Assembly: GCF_009914755.1 (NCBI RefSeq)
Contig: NC_060940.1
Source: the human T2T-CHM13v2.0 reference genome, Homo sapiens
DNA length: 64,000 nt
Reading direction: 5' to 3' (one strand)
The notes under the pieces are model-generated. The model had not been told where the DNA came from. It was given only the letters and a program-made list of their open reading frames with translations, and made no database searches. The position numbers and the translations under genes are program-made. This document shows, one piece after another, positions 26,480-40,375 of the stretch (position 1 is the first letter of the stretch; every line of letters starts with the position of its first letter).

Positions 26480-27720
26480 GACAAAGAGCCAAATTTAAAT
26501 TCATGTAATGTTGCTGTTTGTAACATTGAATACTTAAGACATCTGCTCAGAGTCTCGCATTATAAATGAATGGAAAGGATCCAGGAGGGCTTTATTGGAT
26601 GGGAGCCGTGAAGTGAGCGCCGTGTATTTCAAAGCAGGATCTTAATCAGACATTATTTATATCTATAATATTTTACAAATTAAAAGCAGTAGAAATAGTC
26701 ACTGGAAGGAAGTCAGCAAGCAGGGGTGAAAAAAAAAAAAATAAAAGAACCTGAAGCCGCCAAGAGAGGCTCACTGACCATCTCTGGGGGAGGAAGGGTG
26801 AAGAGTAGCAAATTTACCGTCATCAGCAGGTGTGTAAATGTTCCATTTAAATTGAATGGCACATGTCATAAAGTACATACCGCTGCACATCCCACCCTCT
26901 GTTTCTGTTTCAACTGCAGAGCCTATTTTTCTTTCCCTTCCAGCTCAGCTGCCTTCTCCTCCCTGACCTCAGGTCACCCAAGACTCCCACTTTATGATTT
27001 CCTTTTACTTTTAGTTCATTATTCTCTGTGATTCAGTGGAAACATAAAAAATGGTTTTTAATTTTAATTAATGGCAAACTTAGAACAGACCCATTTAATA
27101 AATCTGTCCTCTGAACTTAACACGTCTCCCCGCCTTGTAAGGGCTGCCTGTCATTTTATTAGCGCTGGAGCCTCCCGACCGAAGGGCTGAGTAATTGACA
27201 AAAACTGCAGGTAAGGCAAGAGACCCGTAATTGATTCATAAGATCCCTTCCTCCGATCGCATTGAAGAGTTAATTATTTTTCCTGCAGTTGGGACTCAGC
27301 TGTTGTTTCCACTGGGATTAAACAGCTGTCAGCATTGTTAATGACATCAAATTCATGCATTAAAATCCTCTCATTCCCTTCCCGTATAAGGTGGGGTTGC
27401 GGAAATCTCTGCCACGTCCGCCTTTATGAAGGAGTGAAATCCTAAGAAAGATAAAGGCCCTTATTACAAAACCACAGACCGGAGCTTGTGTTGATGGAAT
27501 CTCGTAATGAGTAATTAAGCCGCTTTGCAGAAGTCCGGGCTGTCATCCTGGCGTTTGGGTACTTATGTTCCCTAGTGGAGACAGCCGGGTAGACTGGGGA
27601 AGGTGATAAAAGGGAGAAAAATAGAACTGTTCTAGAACGATCTCCACTTTTAACAGCACAATACAGAGAACAGAGCTACTCAATAATTAGCCAACCAAGT
27701 ATGAATTCTCATATGTTCTT
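26480..27720. promoter_or_regulatory. Candidate conserved developmental enhancer
   Basis: No repeat recognised; dense TAAT/TAATTA, GGATTA 27315, TGTCA/TGACA repeats, CATTGT 27333, CAGCTG; retained CpGs. Confidence 0.5.
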
Positions 27721-29474
27721 AAAGTATCTGCTGATTTCTTCAAACATCTCTAACAACATGTCTGATGAATACGAAGCCTCCCTTTATTTATTTATTTTCT
27801 TTTTGCTTTCTTTTTTTGGGGGCAGGGGGCACAGTTTTTCTTTCTGTCTCAGTCTCTCAAACTGTAGGAGGACCAACTTCAGGGTTTTATTTTGTTTGCT
27901 TTGCTTTGCCTTGTCTGGTTTTTCAAAGTGCTCTTTTAACAAATGAAAGTTTAAAGCTTGAGTTCAATTTGAGTAATTTGTTCCCAGAGAAAAAGTAAAT
28001 GAAAAGTATTTCTGGGTATTTTTAATGACACAAGTTTCTGTGCTGATATGCGGGCAGGGGTTCGGGAGTGGGGGCACCAGGGCTCATGAGCCGAGAGCCC
28101 CTGCTTCCCTTGGAAAACGGAAATTTCTATCTCCAACTAGGGAAAAATTTGCATGTGTAGAATTTTGGTTTTTTGTTCGGCGTGTTTATTTAATTTAACA
28201 TTACCTATCCTACGATTATTTCAAGGTGATTTTATTACTAGTCAGCTTTCTTTTCCCTAGCACAAAACTCATGCAACATTTATGTTGAATGTTTAAAATT
28301 CTTTTCTAAATGGTTTCACCTTTCTGAAAAAATCTTGCATTCAAAAAGTGTAAAGGACTCTCCTCATTTCTGCGCTTGAAAGTGCAGTGTGATTTCACAA
28401 ATCAAACAATATCAGGAAAATTCAATCTCGTTAATACTTTTGGAGGGAAAAGAAGGCAAGCGTACTCTTCAGAGAACGGATTCTTTTGGATTTGTGTTAG
28501 AGAAAAACTGTCTCTAATGACCGCACAGCACAAAGCAAAGCAGTTAAATGAATAACCGCCTTCCAGTACAGATAATAAAGCAGGGGAATTTTGTGTGTCA
28601 CATCAATAAACATCTTAATTGAACAGTACGTGGGTTCTTCCCTAGTACCTGCCTTGCTATACACTAGCCTTGGAAAGAGTCTTGGTAAATTGTTCAGCCT
28701 CAAGTTCCACAACAAAATGGGATTCTGTTTTCTAGAACCTGGCCTAGTTATGATGTGATGAATCCGTCTCTGTTAAGGTTATCAACTTTAATAAACCATG
28801 TATTATTTCCTTAAATATTGTGCAATGTGCAGGGAATTATTTCAGTTTTGTTTTTTATTTAGCACAAACCTAAATATTACACGTAGCAAATGTCACCCGA
28901 TGCAACTGTCTGTCCTGAAGAGGAGGATAGATTATTCTGTGGCTACCTAATGGTGTTTACAGAGTTGCCACTTTGCCAAACCCCAAGACCCACACTTGGT
29001 CTCTGGTGTTGGGTCCGCCAGCTCTCCACCCTTCAGAATGGGATGTTTAGGGCGTAATCTTCTGAGACCCACAACCTAAGCCGGGAAGCAGAGGCAATTT
29101 ATTACCCCAGCTTCCTGTCCACTGGAGGCCCGGGGAGACCTTGAAATGCTCAGCTGCAAGTCAGGGTCCACCGATGCAGCCTCGGAATTTAATGAGGCCT
29201 CTCCGGACCCAAAGGGAGATGGACATTTCTAGGCTTGTGGAAGGGACTCCCCAGCCCCTCTTCTCTCCTGGTGAGACCGTTGTTGGATGTGAAAAGGCCT
29301 TCACTATTGTCAAGGCTGGGCCCCTGCTTTTGCCTTGTTACTCTGCATTTTAACTGTGGACCAGAATTGATTGCCACCAATAAAAGATACTCCAGTCCTT
29401 AAAAAGTCAACATTGTTATGTTTTACTTAGTTATGACTTAGTGAACACCTATACGAATTAGCCTCATCTGGTTC

Positions 29475-29695
29475 AAGGGTTCTCAGATGGGACCACTTTT
29501 GCACCCAGGGAAGGTGTGGCAATGTCTAGAGACATTTTTGATTGTCATAACTTAGGATGAGGTAATAGTGTGCTCCTGATTTCTGGGGGTAGAGGCCGGG
29601 GATAGTGGTTAACATCCTACATGAACAGGGCAGACCCTTGCAACAAAATCTTACGTGGTCCTGGATGAAAATAACACTGGAGGTAAGAAACCTTG
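29475..29695 (+). mobile_element. MER20 DNA transposon
   Basis: ggttctcag...tggcaatgtctagagacatttttgattgtcataact...gggtagaggcc...aacatcctaca. Confidence 0.9.
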
Positions 29696-29699
29696 GCCT

Positions 29700-29955
29700 A
29701 GAGGGTTCCCCAACCTTTTTTTTTTTTTCATTATGGCCCCCTCCCCCAGGAGCCTTTTGAGATACGACTTTCCTAATGGTCTTTGCCCATGAAATCTGAA
29801 TACCACAGATGTGCTGAATGCCTGTTCATGTACCATATACACATGGTATATGCCTCGTAAATGAAAGGGTGAACAGTGTTTATTCCCCAACTGTCGTCCC
29901 TCAAAACCAATGTTAACACCCCTGGATGTATTGTCACCCCTGTTGGGAATACACC
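29700..29955. mobile_element. MER112-like hAT DNA transposon
   Basis: ttttttcattatggcccc...ggagcctttt...catgaaatctgaataccacagat; terminal ttccccaac / gttgggaa. Confidence 0.7.
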
Positions 29956-30129
29956 GCTCAGAGAAGGGTTTTGTCCATAGGCAACACAGAGCCAATTGAG
30001 GCCTTTGGGCAAGCGGAGGTCATGATGGAATTCAGCCTTTCAGACAATTCTGCCAGGCCCTTGGAGGGTGGGAGGAAACAGGCAAGACCTCTGGCTCCTA
30101 GAACCATAAGGACCCTTGCCATTAGGACC

Positions 30130-30475
30130 AAACCTCTTCCAGCTTTCTCAGCAGCCACATGTCACCCCCTCTTCCACCCTTTGCCCTGCCACCCTCCATC
30201 CCCTGATACCCTCCTGCCTTTTAGTTGCCGGTGCTTGGAAACCTTTGCAAAGTCTTTTTATGGAGATGCCATGTCCTTTCAATGGTGCGTTTAGCCAGCG
30301 CCCCGCTCTGGGCTCCAGCAACATTAGGGCATTGTTATTCCATCCGAATGACAATTTCAAGCTCACGTCTTTGTTGTCCATCCTCGAATATCCTGCACCG
30401 TTCCTGGCACAGAGTAGGCACTGGATAATTATTTCTTGGATGAAAGAATGAACAAATGAATGAATGAATGAAAGT
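30130..30475 (+). mobile_element. L2 3' end
   Basis: cctggcacagagtaggcact...gaatgaacaaatgaatgaatgaatg. Confidence 0.75.
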
Positions 30476-32134
30476 TTTTTTCCTTGCAAATCTCCCTGCA
30501 CACTTTAATCTTACCAGCATCTTGTGAAACACTCCTACTTCTTTCTGATCTTTATTTCTTACGTAGTTTTGAAATGAGAACCGATGAAGCTGCTTTTGCT
30601 CATGGTACCTCAGGTCCTCGCTCACTCCCAGCACTCAGGGCTGTGTGGTCAGAGTCTCAGATTCGGAGCATGTGATGTGCGTGGGCCTGTGACTAACAGC
30701 CACATGGCACGCAATGGTGGCAGCCTGGGAGGCTGACTGAGCAAGTAATTTCTGCTTAAGCAAGAACGTGAGGGGTGATGTAGTTGCATGCACTTTGCCA
30801 TCATAGCTTGATCTAGGTCTCAGCCTGGGATCTTGCAGCTGCGAAAAGCATGGCGTTGCGTTTCCAAGCCTGAACATCCACACCCGCGAAGATAAGACCA
30901 TCTCTTGGATTAATGTGACGCTGAAATAAAATAATCCAAAGAGAAAATGCCTGAGACCCACCAGGAGCTCACCAGATACTACTTCTATCTTCCCCACTCT
31001 AGGTCTTTTTACTGCAACTACCGTTTAAAATACTTTTTCCATGAGGCAGATCTTAGTGCTGACAGTGTCAGTGTCTTTAATGCCTGGTTCAGTTGCAAAC
31101 ATGGAGGGCAGAGGTTTGATAGCATCCAAAGTATGCACGCCGCACTCCACCTCCCATGCCCTTTTCTTTTTCTCAGGGCCATCAGAAAGGAAGTAACTGG
31201 CTTAGATTTGACACCTCTTTTTTTGTTCGTTTTATGTTTTTGAATCTAGCATGTATAAGCTCATCAGAGAGCTTTCCCCTGGCCTGGGACAATCAGGTTT
31301 CAACTGAGGCTCACGCACACGTCAACACAGGAACCTTTTTGATGCCTCCAGGCAATTTCCTACAAGCTCTAATATCTTCCTCTTTACTCCCATATGTGGT
31401 ATCTCTGGTACCCTATATATCATTCACTCAACTGTTTGTTTTGAACCACTTATTTTGGCAAGACTTCTTCAGACAGGAGAGCCCTGAGAGCTCTTCAAAG
31501 GCTGGGCCTGATGGTGTTTGTCAGAGAGGTTCAAGCTCTTAAATTTAAATGGCCTCCCACAGGGAAGCAGAAGTCCTTTTGGATCCTCCAGAGGCCTGAG
31601 ATCCTCCAGATCCTGTTCATTTGCCTTATTCGTTATGACCATAGAAGTTTGTGGGGTGGCACTCTTTATTCTGTCCTCGCCCCGCAAGCAAAGCACACAC
31701 CAGAAGCTATAAGGAGATGAGCTCAGTAGGCCTGTCCTTTACTTTATTTTCCCTATTAGAATCCCACCATAGACGCCCTCTCTGCATGTGTCCTTGTCTG
31801 GGGGAGTCGCTTAATTTCCTTTTTCTTTGAGGGGCTATAAAATTTTTGTTGTTACAAAAATGAAAGGGGAGAGGAGATAGAAGAAGGAAAACAGTGAAAG
31901 CTCAGCCTCGAAAGAAGTGCTTAAAGGAAAGGAGGTTCTGACAGAGGGCTCGGATCATCAGCAGGGGCAGGGGGTGCAGGGGGTGCCTGCAAGTCTGTGA
32001 CCGTCCTGAAGGACCCCCTTCCTAGGATCCCAAACATGCACTCCCATCCCAGCCTCACACCAAGCTCCCATCTGGGAAGCAGCAGACACACATAAAAGCA
32101 AGGAAACTTCAAGGACGCTTTTTGTTTTCCCCTA

Positions 32135-33190
32135 CTTTTAAAAAATTGAGGTGAAATTCACATAATATAAGATTAACCATTTCAAAGTAGACAGTTCAAT
32201 AGCAGTACATTCACAATGGTGTGTAAATACCGCATCTATCTATTTCCAAAATATTTGTATCTCCCCACAATAAAAGTCTGTACCAATTAAGCAGCTACTA
32301 CCCATTCCTCTTCCCTACCATTCTACCTTCTGTCTCAGTAGGTTTGCCTATTTGGGATATTTTATTTAAGTGCGATCATACAATAGCATCATGTGTTCAA
32401 GGTTGACCCACATTGTGGCATGTATCAGTACTTCATTCCCTTTTATCACTGAATAGTATTCCACTGTATATTGATACCACAGTTGGTTGACCCATTCATC
32501 CATCCATGGGCATTTGGGTTATTTCCACCTTTTTGCTCTTGTGAATCCATGCTGCTGTGAATAATTGCATATGAGTATTTGGGTTCCTGTTTTTAATTAT
32601 GTTGGGTATATACCTAGGAGTGGAAGTGCTGGGTCACGCAGTAATTCTTTTTAACTTTTTGGGGAAATATCAAACCGTTTTCCACAGTGGCTGCACCATG
32701 TTGCATTCCCACCAGCGAAGTGCAGGGGTTCCAGTTTCTCACACTGTCACCAACTCTGTCAGTCTATTCTGGCACTGCTATAAAGAAATGCCTGAGACTG
32801 GGTAATGGCTGAAGAAAAGAGGTTTAATTGGCTCATGATTCTGCAGGCTGCACAGGAAGCATAGAAGCTTCTGCTACTGGGGGCGCCTCAGGAAACTTAT
32901 AATCATGGCAGAAGGTAAAGGGGAAGCAGGCACATCTTACATGGCCAGAGCAGGAGCAACAGAGAGCGACTGGGGAGGCGCTACACACTTTTCAACCACC
33001 GAATCGCATGAGAACTCTCTCACTGGGACAACACCAAGGAGATACTGCTAAATCATTTATGAAGGGTTCATCCTCATGACTCAGTCACCTCCCACCAGGC
33101 CCCACCTCCAACACTGGGGATTACAATTCAACATGAGATTTCGGCGGGGACACAGATCCAAACCTTATCACCAGCGCTTGTTATTTCCTC
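32135..33190 (-). mobile_element. L1MB 3' region, interrupted by MSTA LTR
   Basis: ttgaggtgaaattcacataa...atacctaggagtggaa...ttccacagtggctgcacc. Confidence 0.9.
32755..33170 (-). mobile_element. MSTA solo LTR
   Basis: ctgctataaagaaatgcctgagactgggtaat...caacatgagatt...ggggacacagatccaaaccttatca; 5-bp TSD ccaac/ccagc. Confidence 0.92.
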
Positions 33191-34106
33191 AGGTACATTT
33201 TGATGTCCCTCCCCACTTTACTCTCCCCTACACCTTGAAGCAGGTGCAATCATTTTAGGCTATGAGGACCAGCATCGACCTTCATCAGCATCTGCTCTCC
33301 TTTACGGCCAGGTCTCCTTCGTCCTCCCTGCTCAGAATTTCAGTCTTTTTTTTTTTTTTCCCTATACAGACACAGGAAGTATATATTTTCCTCTCGAATA
33401 TCACTTGGGTCTTATCTTGTTTTATGCTACATGCATGTGGCTTCCCCCGTTACAAAAAGAATTCACATTATTAGAGAACATTTGGAAAACATACAGAAGT
33501 AAAACAAGCCATCCCCATTCCCACCTCCCAGAGATAACGCCTGTGTTTTAGTTCATCTCCTTCTAACCTTTATAGTTTTTTTTCTATCATATTAGTTAGG
33601 CATTGGTTTGGCTCCAAGTGAAAACTGCTTCTGTTATTAACATCAGCAGCAGCAACAAGAAGAGAGAAGTTTATGTCTGTCTCGGAATACGTACGTGACA
33701 GGCTCCCCCATCGAGGTGCTCAGATATGGTGGCCACTGCATGATTTTGCTCAGGACTGAATTAGAGGCAGGTGAAAGGCCCTCACTCCCTGGAATCAGCT
33801 AGCGATGGCTAAGGCTCCTGTGACGGTTTCTACAGAGGTTCCACCCAGAGAGGAGAGTCAAATGGGAGTTTCTACCGATGCTCTTGAAAGGATCTTGTTA
33901 CTCAGATGTCTCTAAGACAATGATCAGTACCCATCTCTCAGAGCCTGTGTAGCCGTCCATGCTTGAGGCATGAGATGCTGAAGATAAAGGTCCCCAGTGG
34001 TCCAGGTTTTTCCTTCTCAGCTTGGAAAGCAGCAGGAAAACTGCACTGCATTTATCCAAAGGGTGTGATTGGTAAGTGTGGGTAGTGATATAGAATAAAT
34101 CAACGT

Positions 34107-34400
34107 GGCTGGGTGCAGTGGCTCACGTCTATAATCCCATTACTTTGGGAGGCCAAGGTGGGTGGATCACAAGGTCAGGAGATTGAGACCATCCTGGCTA
34201 ACATGGTGAAACCCCATCTCTACTAAAAATACAAAAAATTAGCTGGGTGTGTTGGTGGGCACCTGTACTTCCAGCTGCTTGGGAAGCTGAGGCAGGAGAA
34301 TCACTTGAACTCAGAAGGCCAAGGTTGTAGTAAGCTGAGATTGCACCACTGCACTGCAGCCTTGGCAACAGAGCGAGACTCCATCTCAAATCAATCAACC
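34107..34400 (+). mobile_element. AluSc/Y-like
   Basis: gatcacaaggtcaggagattgagaccatcctggctaac diagnostic segment. Confidence 0.95.
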
Positions 34401-35694
34401 AGTCAATGTGTGCCCCCTTTTCCTCCAACTCCCACCCCAAATCCTTGCTGAATCATACCTATCCTTCACCTTTATAAGCATCTAGTTTTTAAATCTTTGC
34501 TGTGAAGTTGGCTGTGTGAGCTCCATTTGACAGATGGAAAAACTAAGGTAGTTTGCCAAAGATGGCTCTTTGCCTTCAGGATTTCCATGTCTTTATTTTG
34601 AGTAAACACTTGCACTGCTAATTTTATTCCAACAATGTCCTTGGAATGGTTTTAGTTCTCTTGGCTGTAACCAAGTCTACACGATACCACTTGAATTGAC
34701 AACATCACAGTCAAACCTCAATTTTCACAATTAATTGTGCCGCAGTTAATTAAATTGACTGCCTGGCAATCCAGTCTCAATTAAAATACTAATAGTTTAT
34801 TTATTTATTTTGTCTTTTACGAAGCGTTTTCTTTTACCATCTCTCAGGATCCTATGTAGGTATCCTGATGGTAAGAATGATAATACCATGACTGATTATT
34901 CCATAGTTGCAGGAACCCCACATGGCATTTCAAATCACAATCAGAACTTTGACCTTGAAAGGGGACCCGGATCAGCTCCATTCTCCCAAGGAGACTTTAG
35001 CTACTACCTTTCTTACTTTTTGAATAAGTATTTTGCAGGGCTTATTTTCATCATCTGGAAAGGAGGAATAGATAGGGTTATCTTGAAAGTCCTCTCTTGG
35101 AAGGGATTATGGTTCTGTAATGCTGTAGGACTGGACTCAGTGGGTAAATGTAGAGGTGATGGTATCTCCGTTTTTATTGTCTTCAGAAATGTTGAGATCG
35201 AGTGATATAAAGTCACAGGGTTGGCCCCACAGTTTAGTTCTTGGCTTATGTAGAAATCTGTGCTAAGAAGCGCTGTGTTGCGTCATCATGGGGCATTTTT
35301 GTATGTCATGCAGTCATACTTTGCAGACCCCTGGGAGCCTCATTCGAGTTCTTCCTGTGGAGTCCCATGCCTTGGTGTTGAACCAGTGTCCTAGCTGGGA
35401 GGACCGTTGTACTGCAGCACTTTCCTAAACTCTGCATGTGGTCTCCATGATGTCCTGGCTGTGTTAGCATCAGAAATGGCTTTGCCCACATCTCCCAACT
35501 CTGCCCTCTTATTAGGATTTCTCTGCGCTGGCTGATGCCTGAGCCATCTAATGATCTTTACGGGAATAACCAAAAATGCTGGGTGGGGGGGGAAAACGCC
35601 AGCAGATCTCTTTAGGGCAGAGTAGGGAGGGACACGGACAATGTGGGCAGCTGTCCATGCAGCACGTATCACATCCAGGATGATGTTTATATGA

Positions 35695-35984
<290 letters not shown>

Positions 35985-37429
35985 TTGGAGCATCTTAATT
36001 TAAGCCCTCTACATCCCTGCACGGTAGATACAACCAGCTCCGTTTCCAAGGACGAGGAGCAACAGAGTGAGGTCATTTCCCTGAGTTACACTGAAGATGG
36101 TCTAATTTCAAAGTCCTTCCTGTGTCCACTTTGCCAGGTGCCCCCCGAAAAGCAAGAAGACTCCTTCAAGCATCCTGAAGATTTGGATGCTACAACTGTA
36201 TGTCCTGCTGGAGAGACCCTCCCAGAACATTGAAGGCTCCAGTGTTTTGACTGGCAGAATCTCAGTTTCAACATCTGTCTCTAAGGGCTCTGGACCTATG
36301 CTGGGTGAAACGTGTTGTCTGTAGGATTTGGCCCATCTGAGCCTCACTGGGGATGGGCTAAACTCCGTGGGGTTTGTATTCCTTCTCCTTCATTGCTCAG
36401 AGGAAAAGAAGAAAAAAAATAAAAAGAAACGACCCCAAACAGCCTCTTTCGTGCACACACGCCTAAGAAATAGGAACATGAATTTGCATTCCTTCCAACT
36501 GGTGTGTTTCCAAAATACAGACAGGCAAGTTTGAATCACTTTGACTTTGAAAGCGTGATTTTGAGCAATTATCTGGGGAAAAAAATACCTCCTCTTCACT
36601 AAATAAGTCTGTCAAAAAGAGTCATAGTACAGCGTGCCATTGCCAGAATACACGTGTGTGCTGGTAAGCTGGCCCCAACCAATTAAATAGTGAAATGTCG
36701 ACTGCATTCAGGCCCTTCCTGGTCTGCAGACAGACTTGTGTTAGTTCATTTTCATAGTGGTGTGTATGTGTCTTTAGACTTTAACTGACAGATTCCCACA
36801 GTGAGTAGAGTAGGGAGTTATCAATTACATGGTTAGCTAGGCGCTGCTATTGTATGCTCTATGGCTTCTTGACAGGAGCAGGCAGAGAAGGAGGGAAGGA
36901 CTAATATTTCTGGTGCAGGAGGACTGTTAATATTTTAGACCGGGCTCCTCAAACATGTATGCTTATTTAGTGAGGAGAAAATGTGCATTTGAATCCTGCA
37001 AACCCTCGAGAAGTTTGCATTAATAAATAGTGATTACCAGAATATTCTCTTCTAAAATATATTTTATTTATCAAATGAATACCCTTCTGAGCCCCTCTTT
37101 ATCCTTCCTGTGATGGCTAAACTAATTTCATCAAATTTTGATTTCTGTGTGGTGATGTTGTGAACAGTGCCTGAAATAATAAAATTACCCTGAGCAGATT
37201 GCATATAAAACTGTTTGCAATGGGAGAAGCAGTCTTTGGGGCTGTGGTTTCCTTTGGCTGCAGTGTAATATATTCCTTTGTTTCTTTTGTGAAGTATTTA
37301 TTGTGGGTCTCCTGTAGTCTGAGTTTCTTGTGGAAGTGGGCTTGTGTTTTGCTTTTGTAGACTGACACTGAGAATAGCATCCAAACATCTTTTTCCCACC
37401 AAGGCATCAAACTCCATCATTAGGAATTC

Positions 37430-37610
37430 CTTCATAGAATCAAAGAATCAGAAAGAGCTGAAACATAGACCACGGACACTCAAATTGTTTATCCTGAAAT
37501 GAATGGGAAAACCTAAGCTGAAGAAAGGAAGTGTCTGGCCAAGAAGCTGGCGGGAGAGTAGAATCAGGAACCAGGGCCTCCTCGTATCTGGTCTCACGCT
37601 TCTTCCGTGG
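37430..37610 (-). mobile_element. MIR3/MIRc
   Basis: catagaatcaaagaatcag...gggaaaacctaagctg...gaaccagggcctcct. Confidence 0.6.
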
Positions 37611-37804
37611 TGTTCTTTCTTAAGTTGAGCATTGCATTCTCCTTGGATAGGATGGATATTTTCCTGGGAAGGATGATACATGATGTATTTATCCATAAAA
37701 CTGAACAGGTGTTATGTGTGCCTTTTCTAATAGGAAAGACCATCATGCTATGAAAAGAGAGGAAGGGGAGAAGAAATGGGGTACGTTAAGATCTCAGAAT
37801 GAGT

Positions 37805-38083
37805 TGTGGGGCTAAATGTTCAGCCTGTCTCCCTTTTCTCCTTGCCACACCACTAGATTATATTTTCTAGACTCTCCTGGTGTTAGATTTGGCCTTGTGA
37901 CTTCCAGCCAATGGAATCGGCTGCAGGATGAAACTAGTCTTGATCCCTGAATGACTGCGTGGAGCACATCTCCTTCTGGTCAATAAGGCATTTCAGGAGT
38001 GAGAGATAAACTTCTATTGTGTTAAACCCCTGTGACTTTGAGACATATCTCCTACAGCAGGTGGAGTTAGCTTAACTAATGCA
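37805..38083 (+). mobile_element. MLT1J/I-type LTR (internally deleted)
   Basis: tccctgaatgactgcgtggagca...gagagataaacttctattgtgttaa...ttaactaatgca. Confidence 0.8.
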
Positions 38084-38101
38084 GAACGATAGGACTGGTG
38101 A

Positions 38102-38439
<338 letters not shown>

Positions 38440-38603
38440 AGAGGGCTATTCTTTGTCTTTTATTTGCTTTGAGTCTGGTATAACCATGTGGCACATACCC
38501 CTGTACATGTTTGCCAAGACTGCTATATGGTAGAGCTTGGAATTCTTAGGAGCTTTATCAGGTAATTGCAAGTCCCCCACCTCCAAGAAAGCACTCTCTA
38601 GGT

Positions 38604-38810
38604 CAAGAATCAGCAAATGTTTTCTATAGAGGCCCGTAAAATTAATATTTTATACTTTGTGGGTCATATAGTCTCTGTTTCAATTACCCAACTCTGCTGT
38701 TGTAGTGCAAAAGCAGCTGTAGACAGTAAGTGAATGGATGGGTGTGGCCGTGTGCCAATAAAACTTTATTTACAAAAACAGGCAGCAGGCCAGAATTAGC
38801 CCTGTGGGAT
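38604..38810 (+). mobile_element. MER58A DNA transposon
   Basis: caactctgctgttgtagtgcaaaagcagc...gtgtgccaataaaactttatttacaaaaacaggc. Confidence 0.92.
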
Positions 38811-39749
38811 GACTCACATGAGCAGAGAGTTCTGGCATCAACTTTGTTCGGAGAGATACTGACATACTTCTACTCAAGTAAGTCAATGTTTCTGTCTCAA
38901 CTGGTTGATTGGAACAACATACAAACTGACCCTTAGGAACCTTCTACCAAAAATATCCTGTGAATCTTCATACTTTTGTAATAGCGTTTAGTTAGAAGTG
39001 GTCAGACTTTCTTCGTCCTCTTTTCGTGATTTCCTCTGTGGTGTCTGTGGATCGATACCGGCAGCTCAGGTAAGGAACGTGTGCAGGGGATGTAACAGAA
39101 AGGAGAAAGACGAGGAAGAAGGGTGCATGGAGCGTGCAGGGGAAGAACTGATTCTTTTTTCAGTTAATCGGCTCATCAAGGTTCTGGTGTTGAAGTCTGA
39201 TTTCATTTGCCATGTTAAGAGGATATGGACAGATACTGGGCAAAAGGAAAAAAAAAATATTGGATCCTTGCCCAGCTCCAAGTGTTGCTGAGTCCCTTGC
39301 CCCCTCCACCCCGCTCTGTCAGGAGCCAAGCTCTGGCCGCCCAGTTTTTGGACTTTGTAACTGTTTCCGAACGGATCAGATTCCATCTGAATTGCAGATG
39401 GCTTTAGCCCCAGCAGCAGAGGCTGCCATGACATCGGCATGCGATTTCTTCCAGGACTTAACTCTGGAGAGAGCTCCATTTCCTGTTGATCATGAGGGTT
39501 TTACAGGCACAAACGCTGTCTTCTGTCACTCTGTCACAGTGCATTATGTCAGAATAGAGGAAGCAGTTCAGCCCGTAAATCTGTGCCACCGGCACGCAGG
39601 GTGTTGTGTTGTCTCCAATGTGCCTTGTCAACACCACAGGGCTAATAGCAGTGTCAGGGTCCCCGTGCCATGAATCACTTCACATCTCTGGCTAGTACAG
39701 ATCTCTCCCTGTCACTAGTGGAAGTCGCCTGCACTACATTCAGAATAGG

Positions 39750-40375
<626 letters not shown>

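Noticed and set aside
39070-39075. Strong donor-like CAG|GTAAGG
   Set aside because: No convincing upstream acceptor or coding frame; isolated donors are common by chance
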